NCBI GenBank assembly: GCA_963665115.1
Contig: OY762007.1
Location: 7,744,001-7,808,000, forward strand
Length of the DNA stretch: 64,000 nt
Reading direction: 5' to 3'
DNA from: an uncultured Rivularia sp.
Lineage (GTDB): Bacteria; Cyanobacteriota; Cyanobacteriia; Cyanobacteriales; Nostocaceae
Both the position numbers and the translations under genes were made by a program. Of the stretch, positions 11,024-21,291 are shown piece after piece; the first letter of the stretch is position 1, and every line of letters begins with the position of its first letter. The notes beneath the pieces were generated by a model, which saw nothing but the letters and a program-made list of their open reading frames with translations, was not told where the DNA came from and did not search any database.

Positions 11024-12385
11024 TTAACCTTTGACCTTTGACCTTTGATCTAATAACTCTTCCCATTCTGTAATATGTAATTCTTGCTGCCTTACTTCCG
11101 AAAGAATTGCTCCCAACCAAATAAAGAAAAACCAAAAATAAATCGCCATCCAAGTTAAATTGGTGGCATGAAGTAATAAATATAAAGCTACTAAACAAGC
11201 AAATGCACGTTGACAAATATGATTTCCTCGCATGGCTGGTTGCCAAAAACTGGACAACGTTGAAACAAGAGCAAAAATGAATGTTATAAACCCTAAAATA
11301 CCATGTATATAAAGCACTTTGGCATAAGAAGAAAACGTTCCTAATGGTAGTTCAAATGCTCCATTTCCCCAACTTACCGTTTTTTCCATAAATCCCCATC
11401 CTACCCACGGTGATTCTTTCCAAGCATCAATCGTTGCGTTTACAACGTATTCTCTATCTTTAGATGAATCAGCGCGAGCGCTATTAAAAGTGGCCATTGG
11501 TGAAGCTATTAAATCTTTTACAGTCAAACTTAATACAGCCGCAAATAAAGAAATTAAAGATATTATCCATAAATAAGCTTGTCGAGCTAACCCGCTACGA
11601 AAACAATATATTATTAGCCAAACTAAGGGAAAACATACCCAAGCAAGACGACTTTGGGAAACTATTAGTCCGCTCAAACAACCAAACAAAGAAAATTTAC
11701 GCAGTCTGCCGTTTGCTTCGTTCAAACAGATAAAGAAGGATAAAAGGGCACAAACTCCTAAAATAGGCGGATCTGCTGTATACAAATCTGTTCTAGGTAA
11801 AGGAATCCCGAAAAAAGGCTGGATGACTGCAAATTTAATCATCAAACTAAGTTTATCTCCCGGTATTAAACGAGCTAAAGGAGGTAACAAAGATTCTTGA
11901 GGCCCCACTGCAAAGAGTATGAGAAATTGAATGGTTAAAATAACTAAATAACCTGCACTCACCCAGCTAACAGCTCTTGTAATTACCGCTATCCTAATAC
12001 GATGCCAAAAAGGCAATGTCATACAGGAAAATATTAAAAAGTAGCCTTTGAATAAAGTAAATAATGTTGCTGCTGTTTTTAAAGCAGGAAAACCAATTGA
12101 TTCTAAACCTAAAAGATTCGTCCAAAGCGCAGCTAAAGTCATTCCTAGCCAAGCCCAATTGCAAATTGGCAATGACTCTTTGATTAATTTATTCCAATCA
12201 AACCCAATAACTAGTAAAAAAGCTGCAACTATTGGGTACAACAAAGTTTGTATTCCTAATATCCACCATAGAGGCGTTAATACAATTGTCCAATAAATTA
12301 CCTGCTCTGCAAATGAGAGTTTACCTAGTTTAAAATCAGAGTTTGAAATATTTTTTTTATTGTTGAGGACTTGTGATGCGAACAT
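11024..12385 (-). CDS. O-antigen ligase/Wzy-like polymerase (copy B)
   Basis: Multi-TM; SQSRLAW, SPWVGWG, HGILG motifs of the Wzy_C family. Confidence 0.8.
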   Translation of the reverse strand: MFASQVLNNKKNISNSDFKLGKLSFAEQVIYWTIVLTPLWWILGIQTLLYPIVAAFLLVIGFDWNKLIKESLPICNWAWLGMTLAALWTNLLGLESIGFPALKTAATLFTLFKGYFLIFSCMTLPFWHRIRIAVITRAVSWVSAGYLVILTIQFLILFAVGPQESLLPPLARLIPGDKLSLMIKFAVIQPFFGIPLPRTDLYTADPPILGVCALLSFFICLNEANGRLRKFSLFGCLSGLIVSQSRLAWVCFPLVWLIIYCFRSGLARQAYLWIISLISLFAAVLSLTVKDLIASPMATFNSARADSSKDREYVVNATIDAWKESPWVGWGFMEKTVSWGNGAFELPLGTFSSYAKVLYIHGILGFITFIFALVSTLSSFWQPAMRGNHICQRAFACLVALYLLLHATNLTWMAIYFWFFFIWLGAILSEVRQQELHITEWEELLDQRSKVKG

Positions 12386-12423
12386 AATTAGCCCTATTTA
12401 TTTACCTTTAACCTTTAACCTCT

Positions 12424-13873
12424 TTACCTATATTTACTATTCCACTTTTTTTCTAAACGTTGCTTTAATTCACTAATCAAAGATCGATAATTTAAAAACT
12501 GTTTGGCTGCAAATATTCTTACAGAAATTAAATACATGATGGTAAATGCTATTGGTTGGATAAGTTCAGGTGTATTTACAGATACTAAAATTGGTATTAA
12601 TGCAATAAAAGGCGGTTTAAAGATAATATACAAAAACTTTTTCCAAGACCAATTCATTACGCGACAGCTACTCCACCACGAGTAAATTGTCCATATAATT
12701 CCTAAAACTATCGCAACTGCAATTCCAACTCCAATAATCTGTCCTTGATTTGCACCAATAATAAAGGCAACTACAGCAATCGGAGCAATTGCAATAGTTG
12801 TTCTTGCATTTAAGCCTGTTTTTCCTATTGCTGAGAGCATAGAAAATAATTGACTATTAATAAGTCGAAAATAGGCAAAGATTAACAACCAAGGAATAAC
12901 TGTAAGCGAAGGTAGCCATTTAGCACCAAATACAAATGAAATTAGTTGCTCGTCAACTACTAGAAAAAATAAGGCATATACGGGAGTCGCTAAAAATGCC
13001 ACTTGTTCAACTACTTTAGCTAAAGCCTTTTCCCGACGATCATCATCTGACATTTGAGCAAATACTGACATCCCAACCTGCTCCATCACCTGACCAAAAA
13101 TAACACTTAGTGCCATAGTTAACTGGTAGGCAAAGTTGTAGTAACCAAGACTGGTAGTGCCTAAAATCTTACCAACGGCGAAGTTATCGCAGTTAGCATT
13201 GACATAATATCCCAAACTAAAGCCAGTACTGCCGAGATTGTAAGATAAAACTTCTCTTCTTACTTCTGGATCGATACGCAAGCGGAAATCATAGTTGGTA
13301 TGACGACGTAAGAGAAAATTTGCTGATAGCCAGTGGGACTGCATCTCCGATTACAAATGACCAATAACTCAAACCCATCAAAGCACATCCAACTGTAGAG
13401 AAAACTCTCATCAATGATGCTATCAGGTTTGAGTTAGCAAGTTCTTTGTACTGCATCCGCCTTCTAAGTACCCCTTCATAAACGGAATTCAACGAAGAAA
13501 GAAAAAAGTTGAAGGCAAATACCATCAAAATCCAGACTAAACTGGGTACACCAAAATAATTAGCTGCTAAAGGTGATATTGCTACCAGCCCCAAAGCCAA
13601 AAATAAACCGATGCCAATACTAACGGTGTAAGCTGTATCTACATAACGTCTATCTTCCAGACCTTTATAAACAATAAAAGAATTTGAAGCATTTTGGGCA
13701 AATAGATTTACGAAACTCCAAAAAATATAGGCAACTCCAATTACCCCAAATTCTGATGGCAAAAGTAACCGTGCTAAGAACAGATTACTTAATAAAGCCA
13801 ATATTCGTGTTGCGATCGCACCATAAGTTGCCCAAAAACTATTTTTGACTACTGAATTTGAATTTAGCTTCAT
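12424..13873 (-). CDS. Wzx/PST-family oligosaccharide flippase (copy B), +1 frameshift at ~13336
   Basis: LARLLLPSEFG; DNFAVGKILG..LGYYNFAY; removing one base of GGG 13335-13337 joins the two ORFs. Confidence 0.88.
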
Positions 13874-13981
13874 TAAATAACTCTTATTGAAATCATTATT
13901 TTTATGACATTGAACATTACTTATGGCTTTTCGCTCCGAGCAATATTATTATTAGCTCTGTTTGGCGTATTCTGACTAAAT

Positions 13982-14968
13982 CTAAACTTTACCTTGTGGT
14001 ACTCTGCTGCCATTACTAGTGATTTTACTTTCCCCAAGAGAACGTCCAATAACTAGTTTCGTCAATGGCGACAAACCCACCGATATGAGAGTAACTAAAG
14101 AACGTATATCGCGATAAAAAATTGAGCTATCGTAAGTTAAAGCTTGTCCAATAAATTTACGCGCTGTTTCCATATCACCACCTTGCGCGGACAATCGCGC
14201 CAAATAGCGATACATATAGGCATAAGCAGTTGGTAACATCGGCTTGATTAATTCTGGCGAACGTTGATAAGCATCTTTAATCACTTGTTCGCCACAAGCC
14301 TGCATTTGTGCAACATTAAATGATAGTCCGGAAGGACGAACGCGGTAGTAAGATAAAATTCGCGGCTCTCTATAAAAATGCCATTTTTGTTTAGCAGCTA
14401 TCCGCAACCACAAATCAACATCTTCCCAACTACGCAATCTTTCATTAAACCCGCCTACTTCCGAAATCAAACAACGGCGAAACACAGCATTAGAACCATG
14501 CCCAACAAAGTTTTTACACAGTAAAGCGAGCATTGGGTTTGTATGAACTGGTTTACCGCTCAAACTAATAAATGTATGTTTTCCGTCATCGCGAATCGTC
14601 CGCGAAGCGCTGTAAACAAGCCCAACATTAGGTTTACTATACAGTCGAGCCACATGAGTTGCTAGTTTATCTCTGTGGTAAATATCATCTCCATCGAGTA
14701 GAGCAATATATTCACATTTTGCATGGTGAATACCGTAATTGCGTGCAGATGATAAGCCTCCGTTTTGTTTTTGTAACAACTTAAAGCGAGCATCGCGCTG
14801 ACAAAATTTTTGTACTATAGCCGCAGTGTCATCAGTCGAACCATCATCAACTATCAACGCTTCAAAATTTACAAACGTTTGCTGCTCCAATGAAATTAAA
14901 GCATCTAAAATGTACTTTTTGACGTTATAGGCTGGAATTACAACACTAACTTTTGGTTCCTCAAGCAT
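13982..14968 (-). CDS. Glycosyltransferase family 2 (copy B)
   Basis: VSVVIPAYN, VDDGSTD, LDGDD, WEDVDLW; paralog of 26762-27700. Confidence 0.92.
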   Translation of the reverse strand: MLEEPKVSVVIPAYNVKKYILDALISLEQQTFVNFEALIVDDGSTDDTAAIVQKFCQRDARFKLLQKQNGGLSSARNYGIHHAKCEYIALLDGDDIYHRDKLATHVARLYSKPNVGLVYSASRTIRDDGKHTFISLSGKPVHTNPMLALLCKNFVGHGSNAVFRRCLISEVGGFNERLRSWEDVDLWLRIAAKQKWHFYREPRILSYYRVRPSGLSFNVAQMQACGEQVIKDAYQRSPELIKPMLPTAYAYMYRYLARLSAQGGDMETARKFIGQALTYDSSIFYRDIRSLVTLISVGLSPLTKLVIGRSLGESKITSNGSRVPQGKV

Positions 14969-15936
14969 TAATAAGCTCCTTCCGATTTCATATCTACAGC
15001 TAATACCTTACGATTTCGCTTGAGAATATTTCGCAGCTTACCCCTGACTCCAGGAGGAAATATCCACATTCCGAAACACAAACAAATATCCATTGGTTGG
15101 GGCTTACCAAACACAAAAGCTTCCCGTAGCAAAATTAAAAGTACCGATACATCGCCAGTAGCAGCAGCCCGCGCACTCACTTCAGCCAGAATAAAGGATG
15201 AGTAAGCACGGGGAGTAACTAAATCACGCTTGCTTTTAATCCAGTCAAAAGAAACCTGCCAAGTACCGCTTTTACTCAAAGTTTGATGGTTTTGTTCTAA
15301 GTGCCAAATAGATAGAACTTCTTCTGCAAACTCTACTCCAACACCTTGTTTTTTAGTTGCTTGCAAAATCCAGTCCCAATCTTCGTGTCTGTTTGTTTTT
15401 ATCTCTTCAGGGAGAATTTTCAGCAACAATTCTCTCTTGGTGAAAATAGTCGAAGCCTGGATCAATCCTTCACCTTGAAAGAAAGTATTCCGAACAAACA
15501 AATATTCACTCAAAGACTCTGATTCTTCTGGTTTTCTCCTCGGCCAAATTGTATCTCCCTGAAGAGTTCGAGCAATTAAATAACAACTGACAATTGGATA
15601 TTGATGGCGAGAATCTTTTGCTACTGCTAGCTGTAATTCTAGTTTTCGGGGCATCCATTCATCATCATCATCTAAATGAGCCACCCACTCAGCACTAGCT
15701 GCTTGAACTCCAGCGCTTCGAGCCGCAAAGCAGCCCTGATTCGTTGGTAATTCCAAGACTTTTAATCTGGTGTCTTCAATATCTTTGAGTGCTGCAACAG
15801 TTTCTGAATGAGGGCCATCAATCACGACGATAACCTCAATCTCCTTAAGAGTTTGTGCCAAAGCACTAATAGCAGCACGCTTAACTAACTGCGCTCTGCG
15901 AAAGGTTGGGATAACTACACTAACTAGGGGTTTCAA
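14968..15936 (-). CDS. Glycosyltransferase family 2 (copy B), TTG start
   Basis: VSVVIPT, HLDDDDEW, HEDWDW; GGAGG Shine-Dalgarno before TTG; paralog of 27693-28667. Confidence 0.92.
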   Translation of the reverse strand: MKPLVSVVIPTFRRAQLVKRAAISALAQTLKEIEVIVVIDGPHSETVAALKDIEDTRLKVLELPTNQGCFAARSAGVQAASAEWVAHLDDDDEWMPRKLELQLAVAKDSRHQYPIVSCYLIARTLQGDTIWPRRKPEESESLSEYLFVRNTFFQGEGLIQASTIFTKRELLLKILPEEIKTNRHEDWDWILQATKKQGVGVEFAEEVLSIWHLEQNHQTLSKSGTWQVSFDWIKSKRDLVTPRAYSSFILAEVSARAAATGDVSVLLILLREAFVFGKPQPMDICLCFGMWIFPPGVRGKLRNILKRNRKVLAVDMKSEGAY

Positions 15937-15981
15937 AAATATCCTCCTTCTTTTTTATAAAATATGTAGTGTAAAAATAAT

Positions 15982-16893
15982 TCAAATCAACTCAACCTTT
16001 TCTACTTTCGGTGTCAGCTCTACTCGCAAGAGGGATTTATTAAAAATTGCCAAAGCAATATGGAACGCAAAAGCCAAATTTCCCAATAAGTAACGAGCGG
16101 CTAATCTTTTAGGTTCGCGTACAAGACGATAGATCCACTCAAAACCAGCATTGGATATAATACCCGGACAATCGGGAACTATTCCAGCCATGCGATCGAT
16201 TACTGCTCCACCAAGCATGACTGTATTTACTTGCAGACTATCGCGATGCTTTTGTACCCAATATTCTTGAATGGGCATACCCATACCTACAATCAGAATA
16301 TTCGGTTTTTGCTGATTTATTTTCGCTACTATAGCTTGATTAACTTCTGGATCTTCTTTATCAAAATATCCATGATGTCCGGCAAAATTAACACAAGGAT
16401 ACTTCAATTTTAAGTTTTCAATTGCAGTTTCTAAATGTTGATTTTTTCCACCTAACAAAAATACCGAAAACCCATACTGGTTGCAATTCTCCAATATCTT
16501 AGGCATTAACAGGGTATAAGAAACTCTATAATCCAAGGGTAAATCTAACCCCATAAAACCAATTGCTTTTAATATTCCCATACCGTCACAGTTGGCAATA
16601 TCTGCACTTTCGAGGAACTGGTAATACCAAGGCAATTGCATCGATAAATTAAAGCCGTGAATATTATAATTTGCTAAAATTATTTTCTTGTCTTCTAGAC
16701 AAGCTTTGCGAACGGCTTCGACAATCGAAGGAATGCTCATGCAATCAATTCGTCGTCCTAATAAGTACACGCTTAAAGCCGTTACTTTCTGTGCTTTATC
16801 ATTAACTTGTATCGCTTCATCGTTTATATTTACCGATTCAACGCTATTCTGTTCAAATTCAGGCTCTATATATTTATAAAGAGTGTTAGTCAT
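15982..16893 (-). CDS. WecB/TagA/CpsF family glycosyltransferase (GT26, copy B)
   Basis: DGMG, FLLGG, HHGYF, VGMGMPIQE, GFEWIYRLVREPKRLAARY. Confidence 0.92.
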   Translation of the reverse strand: MTNTLYKYIEPEFEQNSVESVNINDEAIQVNDKAQKVTALSVYLLGRRIDCMSIPSIVEAVRKACLEDKKIILANYNIHGFNLSMQLPWYYQFLESADIANCDGMGILKAIGFMGLDLPLDYRVSYTLLMPKILENCNQYGFSVFLLGGKNQHLETAIENLKLKYPCVNFAGHHGYFDKEDPEVNQAIVAKINQQKPNILIVGMGMPIQEYWVQKHRDSLQVNTVMLGGAVIDRMAGIVPDCPGIISNAGFEWIYRLVREPKRLAARYLLGNLAFAFHIALAIFNKSLLRVELTPKVEKVELI

Positions 16894-17402
16894 TGGTAAT
16901 TATTAACCCATTGGTAGATTTAAGCAGCCGATAAAAGAAGCTTGCAAACACGCATAGCAAAATGAACGCTAACTTTGTCATACAAGTAAACGAAAATCAG
17001 CTATTTATAAATAATTAAAATCTAGCCTTATCAAAAACGAAGAAACTTCCAAAAATCAATTTAATTCAGCAATATAGTCTCGTCTATTGCTTAATTAATC
17101 TCAAAAAAACAGAATAGATAATCATCAGTGCCTTAAGGAAAACACTCAGCAAAGCTAATTATCATCCAACTCACAAATACAGCAACCTACTAAAAACCGA
17201 ATGTCTTGCTTTTTTTGCACTTAATTATAAATTTAAACGATTCACCCAGCCCTCCCAACTTTACAAAAACTTTATATTTTGATTTAATGACAATAGAATT
17301 CCTTACTCATTTAGTCGCAATATACTATTTTTCAAGAGAAGTTGAACATCATCGTTGTAGTAAAAGCACTTATTATTCAGTTAAATTTTATAAGTACTTA
17401 TC

Positions 17403-17431
17403 ACATTATATAAAAAAAAATCCAATGTCAA
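17403..17431 (-). promoter_or_regulatory. Putative sigma70-type promoter of operon copy B
   Basis: Minus strand TTGACA (17431-17426), then TATAAT at 15-bp or TAATGT at 17-bp spacing; equivalent motif upstream of copy A. Confidence 0.55.
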
Positions 17432-17661
17432 GTAAGCAATAATACTCGTCTTTTTTTATTTTACGGTATAAAAATTAGTGCTTAAAACGTTCAAATTTCC
17501 ACTAAAATCTCCAATAAAAGTCTATTTTGCTAAAAATACAAGATTATTCGATCGAGTTGAAGCAAAATAAATGTATGAAATTTCCGAATATCGGGAATTA
17601 CGTACAGAGAAAATGATTTTCTGGGATAGAGCATCAGTGGAATGCTTAATCAATAACACTT

Positions 17662-17693
17662 AAAAAAAACCTCTCAAAATAGGGGTTTGAGAG
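17662..17693 (-). terminator. Rho-independent terminator ending operon copy A
   Basis: Stem CTCTCAAA/TTTGAGAG followed by T8 on minus strand, ~40 bp after the gumC stop. Confidence 0.7.
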
Positions 17694-17734
17694 TGTATTA
17701 ATCTATGTAACACTAGCTTTGTGGTTCCAATAGG

Positions 17735-19762
17735 TTAACCACTTATGGTTAATTGTTCGCTAACAAACCGTTGGTTATAACTTTTAGCATCCGTTTCCAC
17801 ACCATTGACAACTAAACCTAATACTTGAGCCTGATGTTCCATTAAGTGTTGTAAGCTATTGCGAACTAAATTACTAAAACTCATACCCGGTTTGACGACA
17901 AACAATACATTGGGAATTTGAGCAGTCATCAATGCTGTGGCAGTTGTAGCGCTGACTGGAGCAGTATCAACTAAAACATAATCATATTTATGGTGAGATT
18001 CAGCATCTACTAATGTTTGGCGAAACTGTCCCTGGGATACCATTTTTACGATGTTGTCGCGTGGTGTTGCAGGTAGAAAATCCAAATTGACTTCTATAGG
18101 AATAACTGCATTTGTAATGTTTAATTCTTGAGTAAAACCCAAATTTTGAGTTAGTTTTGCTCGGATAAAATCTCCATCGACTACCAGTACTCGAAAACCC
18201 AAATCAACTAATGCTTTTGCTAACCCCAAAGTTACAGTTGTTTTACCTTCACCTGACATAGCGCTGGTAATTAATAGACGACGGTTATTTAAAGGTTGTA
18301 AACTAAGCGCTGAAGCAAGACGTTGAAATTTTACCTGTTTGTCATCATCCGATATTAATTCTGCATCTTTAAAGCGGGGAATAGAAACAACCATTGGGAA
18401 TTGCATATCTTGTAAGTCTTTAGGAGTTAATAATGGATTGCGTCTTTCTAATAATAATATTAAGGCAACACTACCAATGATTCCCGCTAACAAAGCATTT
18501 AAAATCATTAATGATTTTTTGGGAGAAATCGGATTATTATTAACTCTAGGTGAATCTAATATTTCAACATTAGGATAAACATCAAAAACATCAATATTAG
18601 TTTGCTGTACTTGAGCAACTAAACCTTTATAAACCCCTTCTGCAACATCAACATTGCGTTGAAGTTCTATTAATCTTTTCTGTTGATTAGGAATAGAATC
18701 TAAATTATTTTTTAGCCGATCTATTTGACTTTTTATCAGTTGAGCGCGTTTTTGTTGACCGGAGGCTTCAGTTTCTGCCAAAACTAATTCTTCAATTAAA
18801 CCAGCACGTCCTTTTCCTTCAGTGCTAACGGTAGTATCAAAAGCAATACCATTGGCAGTTTTTTCTACTTGGCTCTGCATCCGATTTAATAATACTTGCT
18901 GCTCTTGAAAAAGTTCTCTGAGTACGGGATGATTGTCGGTATATTTAGTACGCTTACTTGCTATTTCGGCTTTTAATTCTGATAGCCTGTTTCTAATAAA
19001 TTGATAATCTTTATTTTCACCCAAGCTTAGAGAACGAATTGCTTGGTTAGAGGACATACTTAAAAGATTTGATAAAGTATTGACGCGATTTTGATTGTAT
19101 TCGGCTTGAGATAATGCCTCTAGTTGAGCTTTAGTTAAACTATCAATCGTAGTCACAATTGCTTTTGTTTGTTCTGGAGCATCAACTAATGCACTCTTCC
19201 GTTTAAACTGTGCTAGAGCTTGTTGTCTCAAAATCAAATTATTTTGAGCATCTTTTAATTCGCTCGCGCTAAATTGTCTTTTGGATAAACGGTTTTGTTT
19301 GCGGAGTTGGTTTAGTCGCTTTTGATAGGAATTGATGAGATTTTTTGCTCGGATTTTTGCTAATTCAGGAGTTGAACTGCTGACGTTAACAGTTAAAATA
19401 GGTGAATCTTCATCAACGATAACCTCGAATAGCGATTTGTAAGCAGATAAACTACCAAAATCATCTCGAACTGGATCTATACTAAGTACGCTTTCCATCA
19501 AAGTATCGCTGGTGAGAATTCTTTGCTGCATTTCTAATTGACTGTTTCCAGCAGAAATATTAGGAGCATTATTTCTCAAAGAACCTAAAATACCCAAGTT
19601 AGCATCTAAATTACCATTAGTTCCAGGAACAGTTAACTGTGTTGTTGCATTCCACACGCGGGGTGTAACTGTAGCGATGTAACCAGTTAAACCTAAAACC
19701 AACAGGTTCCAAAGGATTACAGGTTTCCAATGTCGGAAGGCGATCGCACTTATTTTATTCAT
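17735..19762 (-). CDS. GumC/Wzc-like polysaccharide co-polymerase (copy A)
   Basis: Same architecture as copy B: GEGKTT, VDGD, VDTAP, GLVVN. Confidence 0.9.
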   Translation of the reverse strand: MNKISAIAFRHWKPVILWNLLVLGLTGYIATVTPRVWNATTQLTVPGTNGNLDANLGILGSLRNNAPNISAGNSQLEMQQRILTSDTLMESVLSIDPVRDDFGSLSAYKSLFEVIVDEDSPILTVNVSSSTPELAKIRAKNLINSYQKRLNQLRKQNRLSKRQFSASELKDAQNNLILRQQALAQFKRKSALVDAPEQTKAIVTTIDSLTKAQLEALSQAEYNQNRVNTLSNLLSMSSNQAIRSLSLGENKDYQFIRNRLSELKAEIASKRTKYTDNHPVLRELFQEQQVLLNRMQSQVEKTANGIAFDTTVSTEGKGRAGLIEELVLAETEASGQQKRAQLIKSQIDRLKNNLDSIPNQQKRLIELQRNVDVAEGVYKGLVAQVQQTNIDVFDVYPNVEILDSPRVNNNPISPKKSLMILNALLAGIIGSVALILLLERRNPLLTPKDLQDMQFPMVVSIPRFKDAELISDDDKQVKFQRLASALSLQPLNNRRLLITSAMSGEGKTTVTLGLAKALVDLGFRVLVVDGDFIRAKLTQNLGFTQELNITNAVIPIEVNLDFLPATPRDNIVKMVSQGQFRQTLVDAESHHKYDYVLVDTAPVSATTATALMTAQIPNVLFVVKPGMSFSNLVRNSLQHLMEHQAQVLGLVVNGVETDAKSYNQRFVSEQLTISG

Positions 19763-19823
19763 AATATTAATCAGTCAACAGTGAACAGTTATCAATTACC
19801 AATTACCAATTACCAATTACCAA

Positions 19824-21179
19824 TTACCAATTACCTTTAACCTTTAACCTTTGACCTAACAACTCTTCCCATTCCGTAACGTTAAACTGTTGCACTTCAC
19901 AAAGAATCGCTCCCAACCAAATAAAAAAGAACCAAAAATAAATCGCCATCCAAGTTAAATTTGTGGCGTGAAGTAACAGAGATAAAGCTACTAAACAAGC
20001 AAATGCTCGCTGACAAAATGTGTTTCCAAACATCGCAGGTTGCCAAAAGCTGCACAAAGTTGAAACGAGGGCCAAAATAAACATTAGAAAACCACAAATG
20101 CCATGTATGTAAAGCACTTTTGCATATGAAGAAAACGTCCCCAAGGGCATTTCAAAAGCTCCATTTCCCCAACTTACTGTTTTTTCCATGAATCCCCAAC
20201 CTACCAATGGTGATTCTTTCCAAGCATCGATAGTTGCATTAACAACATATTCTCTGTCTTTAGACGAGTCAGCGCGAGCGCTATTGAAAGTTGTTAGAGG
20301 TAAAGCAATTAAATCTTTAAGACTCAAACTTAATACAGCAGTAAATAAAGTTAGCAGAGATATTACCCATAAATAAGCTTGTCGAGCTAACCCGCTACGA
20401 AAGCAATATATAATCAAACAAACTAACGGAAAACATACCCAAGCAAGACGACTTTGAGAAACTAATAGTGCAGCCAAACAACCAAATAAAGAAACTTTAC
20501 GCAGCTTGCTATTTTGTTCCGCCAAACAGATAAAAAAGGATAAAAGGGCACAAACTCCTAAAATCGGAGGATCTGCTGTATATAAATCTGTTCTAGGTAA
20601 AGGAATACCGAAAAAAGGCTGAATAACTGCAAATTTAATCATCAAACTCAGTTTATCTCCTGGTATTAAACGAGCTAATGGAGGTAAAAAAGATTTTTGA
20701 GGCCCTATTGCAAAAAGTATCAGAAATTGAATCGTAAGAATGACTAAATAACCTGCACTTAGCCAAGCAACTGCTTTTGTGATTACCTGTACCCTGATGC
20801 GATGCCAAAATGGTAATGTTAGACAAGCAAAGATTAAAAAGTAGCCTTTGAATAAAGTAAACAATGTGGCTGCTGTTTTTAAAGTTTGAAACCCGATTGA
20901 TTCTAAACCAATAATGTTAGTCCAAAGTGCAGCTAAAATCATTCCCAACCACGTCAAATTACATATCGGCAGCGAATTTTTGATAATCTTGTCAAGTTCA
21001 AATCCAAGCACTAGCAAAAAAGCAGCCACTGCCGGGTATAAAATAGTTTGAATTCCTAATATCCACCATAAAGGTGTGAGGACAATCGTCCAGTAAATAA
21101 CTTTTTCAGCAAATGATAATTTACCCAACTTAAATTCAAATTTTTTAGTTTTTTGCTTGCTAGATATGATGTTTAACAT
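19824..21179 (-). CDS. O-antigen ligase/Wzy-like polymerase (copy A)
   Basis: Close paralog of 11024-12385. Confidence 0.8.
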   Translation of the reverse strand: MLNIISSKQKTKKFEFKLGKLSFAEKVIYWTIVLTPLWWILGIQTILYPAVAAFLLVLGFELDKIIKNSLPICNLTWLGMILAALWTNIIGLESIGFQTLKTAATLFTLFKGYFLIFACLTLPFWHRIRVQVITKAVAWLSAGYLVILTIQFLILFAIGPQKSFLPPLARLIPGDKLSLMIKFAVIQPFFGIPLPRTDLYTADPPILGVCALLSFFICLAEQNSKLRKVSLFGCLAALLVSQSRLAWVCFPLVCLIIYCFRSGLARQAYLWVISLLTLFTAVLSLSLKDLIALPLTTFNSARADSSKDREYVVNATIDAWKESPLVGWGFMEKTVSWGNGAFEMPLGTFSSYAKVLYIHGICGFLMFILALVSTLCSFWQPAMFGNTFCQRAFACLVALSLLLHATNLTWMAIYFWFFFIWLGAILCEVQQFNVTEWEELLGQRLKVKGNW

Positions 21180-21291
21180 TAAATATTTGGTTAAAACAAG
21201 GGAGTAGGAAATAGGGAGTAGGCAGTAGGGGTAAAGCTTTTGGGCTTATTTACATTTTTTGAGATAGCCGTATTCGTTTCTGTCCACCTGC

